A stretch of 32,000 nucleotides of DNA from NCBI RefSeq assembly GCF_001997385.1, contig NZ_CP019633.1:1440001-1472000 (forward strand), given 5' to 3'. This DNA comes from Sedimentisphaera cyanobacteriorum. GTDB taxonomy: Bacteria > Planctomycetota > Phycisphaerae > Sedimentisphaerales > Sedimentisphaeraceae. The notes under the pieces are model-generated. The model made no database searches. It saw only the letters and a list, made by a program, of their open reading frames with translations, and was not told where the DNA came from. Of this stretch, positions 18,211 through 25,255 are shown piece after piece (within the stretch, counting starts at the first letter, position 1; each line of letters starts with the position of its first letter). The position numbers were made by a program, and so were the translations under genes.

Positions 18211-19056
18211 TTATTTTTTCTCGTAAACGTTAATGTCTTCGCTTACATACTCCCTGAGCTTTGCCTGAACGACATCTGTGAGGGTAAGCTCTGCCATTTT
18301 GCAGTTTGCGCACATTCCTCGAAAAGCCACAATCACATCGTCGCCCACAACATCTATCAGATCAAGGTCTCCGCCGTCTGCCTTGAGCGACGGGCGAACC
18401 TGCTCGTTGATAATCTCCTGAATGAGCTGAATCTTCTGGATGTTGGTGAGGTTTTTGGGGCGTTTGGGCTTCTGTTCACCGGATTCTTTTTTCTCCCCGC
18501 GCACACGCTGAATAATCTTTTCGATCTCGCCTGTGCAGCCGCCGCAGCCCCCGCCGGCCTTGCAGTAGTTGGTTACCTGCTCAACCGTTTCAAGATTGTT
18601 ATCCCGAACAACCTCCTCTATCTCATGATCGGTGATCCCGAAACAGGTGCAAACCACATCACCCTCCATCTCGTGGGTAACGGTTTCCCCTGTTCGGTAG
18701 TTCTCGATTGCCGCCTCAAGGGCCTCTTTGCCCATTACAGAGCAGTGCATCTTCTCATCCGGAAGCCCGCCGAGAAAATCAGCGATGTCCCTGTTTGTTA
18801 TGCTCTCTGCTTCCTCGAGCGTTTTGCCCTTTATAAGCTCTGTGAGAGCTGAAGAAGAGGCAATCGCAGAAGCGCAGCCGAATGTCTGAAATTTAACGTC
18901 TTCAATTTTGCCCTCGTCATCGAGTTTGAATGTGAGCTTAAGGGCATCTCCGCATGCAAGAGAGCCTACCTCGCCCACGCCGTCAGGATTCTCAACCTCG
19001 CCCACATTCCGTGGATTGAGGAAATGTTCTTTTACTTTTTCTGCATAGTCCCACAT
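18211..19056 (-). CDS. nifU: Full-length NifU Fe-S cluster scaffold (IscU-like, BFD-like [2Fe-2S] and Nfu C-terminal domains)
   Basis: GSLACGDALKL / FGCASAIASS / MHCSVMG (IscU-type Cys). CTCFGITD...CKAGGGCGGC (BFD-like). GMCANC (Nfu CxxC). Confidence 0.92.
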   Translation of the reverse strand: MWDYAEKVKEHFLNPRNVGEVENPDGVGEVGSLACGDALKLTFKLDDEGKIEDVKFQTFGCASAIASSSALTELIKGKTLEEAESITNRDIADFLGGLPDEKMHCSVMGKEALEAAIENYRTGETVTHEMEGDVVCTCFGITDHEIEEVVRDNNLETVEQVTNYCKAGGGCGGCTGEIEKIIQRVRGEKKESGEQKPKRPKNLTNIQKIQLIQEIINEQVRPSLKADGGDLDLIDVVGDDVIVAFRGMCANCKMAELTLTDVVQAKLREYVSEDINVYEKK

Positions 19057-19082
19057 ATTTTATCTCCTGTGCAGGTGTTTTA

Positions 19083-19367
19083 TCATATTTTTTTTATTTT
19101 CTTTATCATAGCCTGCCTGAGCTCGTCGGGCAGCTTTGCCCAGATGCATATATCAACACTGAAAGGCATCTGATCAGCAAGCTCTTTTTTTATCTGCTTC
19201 AATATCTTTTTGTCCGGCTCGCTGTCTCCCATCAAAACCAGATCAAGACCCGGGGAGAGCTCGGGGAGGCTTTCGCCTTCCGCAAAGAACCTGATCTCAC
19301 TGCCTGGAAGATTCTTCTGGAATATACCCTTGATAGTATTTAATTGTTCAATAGTAATCTTATTCAT
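19083..19367 (-). CDS. Small minimal-nucleotidyltransferase (MNT/Pol-beta superfamily)-like protein with degenerate catalytic motifs
   Basis: The layout resembles MNT antitoxin-like proteins. IRFFAEGESLPELSPGLDLVLMGD sits where hG[GS]x9-13Dh[DE]h is expected, and a C-terminal PFSVDICIWAKLPDELRQAM segment is present. The start is probably ATG 19367 (AGGGGA SD). The ORF-track GTG is at 19406. Confidence 0.4.
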   Translation of the reverse strand: MNKITIEQLNTIKGIFQKNLPGSEIRFFAEGESLPELSPGLDLVLMGDSEPDKKILKQIKKELADQMPFSVDICIWAKLPDELRQAMIKKIKKI

Positions 19368-19461
19368 TTCATTCCCCTGAGGAGAAAAAACATCATTGCT
19401 TTTCACGATTAAAAGTAGATGATAACAAAATTGACTGCTGTTTTACAGGATTTTTAACTAT

Positions 19462-20547
19462 ATGCTGCTGAGAAACGAAATGATATTAAATGCACAAATA
19501 AATAATTTCAAAGCATTAAAAAACATATCTGTTTCAGACATAGGCAGAGTTAATCTGTTTGTAGGCAATAACAGTTCCGGCAAATCTACCCTTTTAGAAG
19601 CATTATACCTCGCTTCCAGCAGCAATCCTGTTAGAGCTGTTATAGATATTAACAATTTCCGAGGTATCAGTCAGCTCGATAAATATCCATGGGACACATT
19701 CTTCACCAGCTTTAACACTAAAAATGAACCTCAGATAAAATCAGAATTCACAGAGAAAACTGTTACAACACAGATCGAGCCTTTCCTGCCAGACTATAGG
19801 CATATAGAAACCGACCCCGAAGAGAGCTTTAACAGTGATTATTTCAGCAGCAGCATCTCAGGGCTTACTCTGAATATAAGCGAGTTTGATAGAGATAAAA
19901 ATAGGGATGGACGCAAAAGCTCTCAAACTATCAAATTCGACCATAAAGAAGGCAATGATTTGGTTAAATTTGGTATTCACGGAAGAGAACCTGATTTCCT
20001 GAGATTTACCTCAAGTTTGTTTATTACAGGCAAAGCAAATCTTATCAGCAAAATGCCTCACTTTATTACTAACCTCAAGATAAATAAGCAGTTAGATGCA
20101 GTCATTGAGATTCTGAAAAACTTTTCACCGTCAGTAAACAATCTTGAGATAGGCAGCGATTCAATCTACGTTGATATTGGGGAATCCAAACTTTATCCTA
20201 TCGGAGTGATGGGGGATGGTTTTGTGAGGTTTCTGGCTATCTCTCTGGCCATAATCAGCTCTGGGAGGAAAGTGATCCTTATTGATGAAATCGACACAGG
20301 GCTGCACTATTCTGCACAGTTCTTCTTATGGGAGGCTATCCTGAAGCTTGCAGAAAACAATAATGTGCAAATTATGGCTGTAACTCACTCCATAGACTGC
20401 ATATCAAGCTTTGCCAAGGCAGGAAAAAAATCCAGCGAAAAAACAAAAATGTACCGACTTGAAAAAGAAGACGACAAAAACTTCATAATAGACTACAATG
20501 TTGATGAAATTCAGTCTGCAATTGAGAAAGAGTATGAAATGAGGTAA
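19462..20547 (+). CDS. ABC-type (AAA_15/AAA_21-like) ATPase, OLD/AriA/PtuA-like
   Basis: Walker A G35NNSSGKST43 (nt 19564-19590). Signature-like M250GDGFVRFL. Walker B V271ILIDEID278. H-loop AVTH309S. The N-terminus ...INNFKALKNISV.D.GRVNLFVG is typical of this family. The start may be the second ATG at 19480. The gene is AT-rich. Confidence 0.8.
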   Translation: MLLRNEMILNAQINNFKALKNISVSDIGRVNLFVGNNSSGKSTLLEALYLASSSNPVRAVIDINNFRGISQLDKYPWDTFFTSFNTKNEPQIKSEFTEKTVTTQIEPFLPDYRHIETDPEESFNSDYFSSSISGLTLNISEFDRDKNRDGRKSSQTIKFDHKEGNDLVKFGIHGREPDFLRFTSSLFITGKANLISKMPHFITNLKINKQLDAVIEILKNFSPSVNNLEIGSDSIYVDIGESKLYPIGVMGDGFVRFLAISLAIISSGRKVILIDEIDTGLHYSAQFFLWEAILKLAENNNVQIMAVTHSIDCISSFAKAGKKSSEKTKMYRLEKEDDKNFIIDYNVDEIQSAIEKEYEMR

Positions 20548-20553
20548 AGTTAA

Positions 20554-21174
20554 ATGCCTTCAATTGAACTGGAAAAAACTGAATCGGAGATTGTTTTCAT
20601 TGTGGAAGGAAAGGACGATGAGATATTTCTGAATTCTTTTATTAAAAAAAGAATAACCGAAGATGACAGTTTTCAAATAGTTCAGCTTAAAGGCAAAAAA
20701 AATCTCAAACAAACTTTGAAGGATGTTTCAAAAATCCCTGGTTTTAGGAAAGTGCGGAGATTAGCCGTCATCATTGATGCAGACAATAGTTGTGAAAACA
20801 CATTTAAAAGTATTAAAAACGCTCTTTCGCATACAGGCTTCCCTAAGCCGGAAAAACTCGGCGAATTCACTTCAGACAGTGAAAGAAAGCTTTCAGCAGC
20901 CGCATATATTATGCCGAACTGTTGCGGCGAGGGCGAGCTCGAAGATCTTCTGCTTTCTTCAATAGAAGATACTCAAGCCTTAAACTGCATTGATTCTTTT
21001 TGGAACTGCATAGGCAAGGAGAGAAAAACTTCCAAAGGCTCTGCTCAAATCTATCTTGCCAGCAGAGAAAAATTTACCAGCGGAATTGGAGCAGGTGTTC
21101 AAAGGAAATACTTTATCCTAAAATCGAACAAATTCAGCAAACTCCAAACCCTTCTAAAGCAGGCATTTCTATAG
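20554..21174 (+). CDS. Small TOPRIM-like protein (DUF3226/DUF4435/OLD-nuclease-like), putative effector
   Basis: IVFIVE18GKDDEIFL, then AVIID75AD77NS (nt 20776-20784), then GEGELEDLLL. This is the E...DxD...E arrangement of TOPRIM domains. Lies 6 nt after the ATPase stop, with a GAGGT SD inside the end of the ATPase gene. Confidence 0.6.
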   Translation: MPSIELEKTESEIVFIVEGKDDEIFLNSFIKKRITEDDSFQIVQLKGKKNLKQTLKDVSKIPGFRKVRRLAVIIDADNSCENTFKSIKNALSHTGFPKPEKLGEFTSDSERKLSAAAYIMPNCCGEGELEDLLLSSIEDTQALNCIDSFWNCIGKERKTSKGSAQIYLASREKFTSGIGAGVQRKYFILKSNKFSKLQTLLKQAFL

Positions 21175-21444
21175 ACCCCAAACTCTTCCCTGCGTTATTT
21201 CATTTTCATAGAGAGGCTTAATATCTTTGTCAGAGATATTGTTAATAATTATTAATTCATTTGAAATTGGTTCATAAGCAGCCTCAGCGGCATAAGCCAT
21301 ATTATTACATTTAGGGCAATTTTCCATATTACCCACAGACTGAAATTTTCTTGGATTTCCAATACCGCCAATCATTCTTGAACAAAAAATTGTTGAGCAA
21401 TTTTTGCATCTTGACAAAGGGGTGTAAGTTTTTTCTGACATCAT
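21169..21444 (-). CDS. Zinc-ribbon hypothetical protein
   Basis: C13KNC16 ... C43PKC46 pairs. A strong GAGGTGA SD lies immediately upstream of the ATGATG start. A 91-codon ORF in very AT-rich DNA is unlikely by chance. The stop overlaps the TOPRIM-like gene stop in the palindrome CTATAG. Confidence 0.55.
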   Translation of the reverse strand: MMSEKTYTPLSRCKNCSTIFCSRMIGGIGNPRKFQSVGNMENCPKCNNMAYAAEAAYEPISNELIIINNISDKDIKPLYENEITQGRVWGL

Positions 21445-21625
21445 TCACCTCATCTTTAAAAATATTATTACAAAGATGGAAATATTATAACATAACAATT
21501 AAATAAATCACGCTGAATATTTATATTTTATTGGGAAACATGCTGCAATTGAATTGATTGATATTTGAATTTAAGATTATACAATGGATCATTGAAGAGG
21601 ATTATATCTAAAAGGAAGAATAAAC

Positions 21626-22120
21626 GTGTATAGAAAAGACATCACTGCGGTATTTCCGGGCTCATTCGACCCGATAACCAACGGCCATATAGACGTAATC
21701 GAAAGAGGACTAAAGATGTTCTCGCGGGTTGTGGTTGCGGTAGGTGAAAATTCCGTAAAAACTCCGATTTTCACGGGCGATGAGCGAGTTGAGATGATAC
21801 AGGAGCTCTTTACAGGCCGGCCAGAGGTAGTTGTGGAAAAATACGAGGGTCTTACGGTTGAATATGTAAAGAGCATCAAGGCCGATGTAATGCTCAGGGG
21901 CCTGAGAAACCTTACCGACGTTCAATATGAATTTCAGCTGGCCATGACCAACCGCTCTGTTGCCGGTATCGAAACGGTTTTTGTGATGACGAGTGAACAA
22001 TTTGGGTTTGTAAGCTCTACACTAATAAGAGAAATGGCCAGTTTAGGCGGTGATGTATCGAACCTTATCCCGCAGAATGTATTTAAAAGGCTGCAAACTA
22101 GAAATAAAGAAAGTTCGTAG
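21626..22120 (+). CDS. coaD: Pantetheine-phosphate adenylyltransferase
   Basis: AVFPGSFDPITNGHIDVIERG (T/HxGH motif) and ...SSTLIREMASLGGDVS. GTG start with an AAGGAAG SD. Confidence 0.92.
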   Translation: MYRKDITAVFPGSFDPITNGHIDVIERGLKMFSRVVVAVGENSVKTPIFTGDERVEMIQELFTGRPEVVVEKYEGLTVEYVKSIKADVMLRGLRNLTDVQYEFQLAMTNRSVAGIETVFVMTSEQFGFVSSTLIREMASLGGDVSNLIPQNVFKRLQTRNKESS

Positions 22121-22121
22121 G

Positions 22122-22481
22122 ATGTATAAGGTAACCGTAGAAGACACGTTTTATGCTGAGCATGCGGTGAAGATGCCCGGCGGTGAGATAGAGCCGAGCC
22201 ACGGTCACGATTGGCGTGTACGAGTATGTGCGGCAGCGCGGGAACTTGACGAATACGGATTTGCATTCGAATTTAAGGATTTCAGAAAAGCTCTGAATAT
22301 TGTTATAAGCAATATAGGGCAGAATCTAAACGAGCTTGAATTGAACGGACAGCACCCAACCACAGAGCTTGTATGCAAGCATTTCTATGATAAAATGCAG
22401 CAGGAGCTCAGCTCTGTTGAGCTTGATTATGTGGAAATTGAAGAGGAAAAGGGCTGCCTCGTTCGATACAGCAGAGATTGA
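22122..22481 (+). CDS. 6-pyruvoyl-tetrahydropterin synthase family protein (QueD/PTPS-like)
   Basis: MYKVTVEDTFYAEHAV...EPSHGHDWRVRV...YGFAFEFKDFRKAL is the PTPS fold signature. Start set at ATG 22122, 1 nt after the coaD stop. The ORF-track 22050 start overlaps coaD. Confidence 0.8.
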   Translation: MYKVTVEDTFYAEHAVKMPGGEIEPSHGHDWRVRVCAAARELDEYGFAFEFKDFRKALNIVISNIGQNLNELELNGQHPTTELVCKHFYDKMQQELSSVELDYVEIEEEKGCLVRYSRD

Positions 22482-22503
22482 ATTTTTGCAAAGGCGGTGA
22501 AAT

Positions 22504-23010
22504 ATGTTATGCCAGAGATGTAATAAACGGCCTGCCTCAGTACATATGGCCGAATATATAAACGGTAAGCAAAGAGAGGTGCACTTCTGCGAGAAGTGCG
22601 TTCAGGAAACGCTCTCAGAAGCTCTTAACGGGGGTTCATTAAGTGAAATGATGGGTAAACTGATAGGTTCAGTAAGCCCAGAAGCCGGCGGAGAGGAAAA
22701 AACAAAAAGCCCTGCTGAGCAAAAAAATTATGAATGCCCTGTGTGCGGGGAAACCTATTCAGGCTTCACGAGAGACACACTCCTTGGCTGCCCTGAGGAT
22801 TATTTCGTTTTCAGCAATAAGATAAGCGATGTTCTCAGCAATACTGAAATCGAAAATCCCGTTCATTCAGGGAAATTGCCGTCTAAAAGTCTTGAAGATA
22901 CCGTAAACGAAAACATAAGGCAGACACTGAATATTCGTATCGAAAAAGCCCTTGAAAATGAAGACTACGAAAGTGCTGCACAAATCCGAGACAGGCTCAG
23001 GAGCCTTTGA
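22504..23010 (+). CDS. mcsA: McsA-like protein (zinc fingers plus C-terminal UVR domain)
   Basis: MLCQRCNKRPASVH...HFCEKC, then CPVCG...LGCPEDY, ...HSGKLP, and the C-terminal UVR-like EDYESAAQIRDRLRSL. This is the same architecture as Bacillus McsA. Confidence 0.8.
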   Translation: MLCQRCNKRPASVHMAEYINGKQREVHFCEKCVQETLSEALNGGSLSEMMGKLIGSVSPEAGGEEKTKSPAEQKNYECPVCGETYSGFTRDTLLGCPEDYFVFSNKISDVLSNTEIENPVHSGKLPSKSLEDTVNENIRQTLNIRIEKALENEDYESAAQIRDRLRSL

Positions 23011-24047
23011 TGCTTGAGGAAAATATGTACAAACTGTATCAAATGCCTGATGTAGTGATGGGCACTCAGCTCAATCTCCGTCGGAATCTGATTAATCATC
23101 GCTTCAGGAAGTCTGCATGCAGTTCTGAACTGAAAGATATTAAAGAAGAGATATTAAGTTCCGCCCTGGAGCTTGATTTTTTTAAGAACGGAACAGTTTT
23201 CAGTATGGAAAACTGCGATTTTGACGCTATAGATATGTTCCTCGAGAAGGGATTTATAGACGAGGAGTTTAAGGAAAGCAGCTTGGGGGTTATTCTTGTA
23301 AGCAGGAACCGCAAGATAACGCTCGTTATCAACGGGGAAGACCATATAAGCCTTTTTATAAACTGCCAGGATGATGATATATTCGACAGCTGGGAAACGC
23401 TGTCGAATATAGATGATGAACTTGAAAAAAAGCTCGGATTTTCTTTCGGCCCGAAATACGGCTACCACTGCAGCAAAATATCAAACTCAGGTACTGGATT
23501 TACCGTTACATACTTCCTTCATATACCAATGCTTACCGCTGAGGCAGAGGATGAAGACCTCGACTACTTCTGCGAGCAGTACAATATTTCCATTGAAAAC
23601 TCTATCATAGATTCTTCCGGGATTTCCGACTACTCTAAGATCGAAAACGAACAGAAGATCGGCTTAAGCGAAGATGAAATAATCGTCCGTATGGAAACAG
23701 CGGCAGTTCAGATATCCGAGCGTGAAAGATTCCTTCGGGAGAAAGTGATTCAGAAGAAAAGCATTGTTGTAGAAGACGGTATAAAAAGGGCCTGCGCAGT
23801 GCTGAGAAATGCAAAACTTATCACCTTCCATGAAACTGAAAGGCATTTGAGCTTTCTTCGTCTTGGTATCGAAGCCGGGCTGATTAAAGGCCTTTCGCTG
23901 AAAAAGGCTGATTCAATGTTCAGCAGATCTACTCCTGCCTACATCCATAACTGCATTTTCTCCACAGACCCTATCGAAGAAGATAAATTCAGGGCTGAGC
24001 AAATTCAAAAACAGCTTCCTGAGAATATTAAATTTGAAGAAATGTAA
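23010..24047 (+). CDS. mcsB: McsB-like ATP:guanido phosphotransferase homologue (probably catalytically degenerate)
   Basis: Collinear with McsB: LNLRRNL..HRF, NGEDHISLF (versus NEEDHxRIQ), SNSGTGFTVTYFLHIPML (versus TNVGTGLRASVMxHLPAL), and LSFLRLGIEAGLIKGLS (the well conserved C-terminal domain). ATG 23010 overlaps the mcsA TGA. Confidence 0.7.
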   Translation: MLEENMYKLYQMPDVVMGTQLNLRRNLINHRFRKSACSSELKDIKEEILSSALELDFFKNGTVFSMENCDFDAIDMFLEKGFIDEEFKESSLGVILVSRNRKITLVINGEDHISLFINCQDDDIFDSWETLSNIDDELEKKLGFSFGPKYGYHCSKISNSGTGFTVTYFLHIPMLTAEAEDEDLDYFCEQYNISIENSIIDSSGISDYSKIENEQKIGLSEDEIIVRMETAAVQISERERFLREKVIQKKSIVVEDGIKRACAVLRNAKLITFHETERHLSFLRLGIEAGLIKGLSLKKADSMFSRSTPAYIHNCIFSTDPIEEDKFRAEQIQKQLPENIKFEEM

Positions 24048-24061
24048 GGAACGGCAAGGCA

Positions 24062-25255
24062 ATGAAAATCGGCATATTCGACTGCCCATCAGGAGCTGCT
24101 GGAGATATGATTCTCGGGTCTCTTATAGACTGCGGGGCAGACTCTGAAAAGATTAAATCTGCTTTGATGTCTCTTGGGATTGAAGAGCTCGAAGGGTTTA
24201 GTATAACAGAGGTGATCCGCAGCGGGGTTAGAGCGGTGAAATTCGCCCCTGTAATCCACCATCATCATCAAAGCAGCCCAAACGAAGGCCATCACCATCA
24301 GCACCGTCATCTCCCTGATATTGAACGAATGATCGATGCTGCTGATCTGCCAGAGAAAGTACAGCAGGATTCCAAAGCGGTATTTTCGATGTTAGCCAAA
24401 GCCGAGGCGCAAGTTCACGGCACTACGCCTGAGAAGGTTCATTTCCATGAAGTTGGTGCGGCTGATTCAATTGCGGATATAGTAGGCTGCTGCCTTGGTA
24501 TATATCTTCTTGAATTTGAGAAGATTTACTGTCCGAAGGTTGCCGTTGGAAGCGGGACAGTGGAATGTGCGCACGGTGTTATGCCAGTTCCTGCGCCTGC
24601 AACAGAGATTCTCATTAGAGGGCTCAATGTTTTCAGGGGCGAGGCAGATACTGAGCTGCTCACACCCACCGGCGCTTCAATTCTGAAATATTTCTGCCTA
24701 CCCGGCGAACCCCCCGCCTATACAAACATACGCAGCGGTTATGGAGCCGGAAGCAAAGAGTTTCCGAAAATGGCTAATATTATCCGCCTTACTGAAGGCA
24801 GTTCAGGCGATGAGCAGATGATGGAGAAGGCCGTTATGATGGAAACAAACGTGGATGACAGCACAGGCGAACTTGTTGGCTCGCTCACGGGCGAACTAGC
24901 TGGAAAGGAAAGCTGTCTGGATGTTTGGACAGAGCCTATATATATGAAAAAAGGCCGCCCGGGGGTAAAATTCTGCGTTCTCTGCAAAGAGGACGACCTT
25001 GACCGAATAGCTGAAATAATCTTTCAAAGCGGGATAACCCTCGGCATAAGATACCATAAATTAGACAGAATAACCCTCCAGAGAGAGTTTGAGACCGTAG
25101 AGATTGAGGGTTGTGAAGTAAATCTTAAAAAAGGATTTTATAACGGAAAGCAGGTTTTTTGCAAGCCGGAATTCAGCGACTGCCGAAAGCTTGCTGAAAT
25201 GAAAGATGTATCCCCTGCAACGGCACTAAACACTATCACCGGACCGCTTAAATGA
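24062..25255 (+). CDS. larC: LarC-family nickel insertion protein (DUF111)
   Basis: MKIGIFDCPSGAAGDMILGSLIDCG N-terminus, His-rich HHHHQSSPNEGHHHQHRH, HFHEVGAADSIADIVG, and C-terminal KKGRPG... Confidence 0.9.
   Translation: MKIGIFDCPSGAAGDMILGSLIDCGADSEKIKSALMSLGIEELEGFSITEVIRSGVRAVKFAPVIHHHHQSSPNEGHHHQHRHLPDIERMIDAADLPEKVQQDSKAVFSMLAKAEAQVHGTTPEKVHFHEVGAADSIADIVGCCLGIYLLEFEKIYCPKVAVGSGTVECAHGVMPVPAPATEILIRGLNVFRGEADTELLTPTGASILKYFCLPGEPPAYTNIRSGYGAGSKEFPKMANIIRLTEGSSGDEQMMEKAVMMETNVDDSTGELVGSLTGELAGKESCLDVWTEPIYMKKGRPGVKFCVLCKEDDLDRIAEIIFQSGITLGIRYHKLDRITLQREFETVEIEGCEVNLKKGFYNGKQVFCKPEFSDCRKLAEMKDVSPATALNTITGPLK

Noticed and set aside
24260-24315. His-rich stretch HHHHQSSPNEGHHHQHRH, which could look like an engineered His-tag
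   Set aside because: It is internal to LarC, interrupted, and encoded by mixed CAT/CAC codons. His-rich metal-binding regions are a known natural LarC feature.
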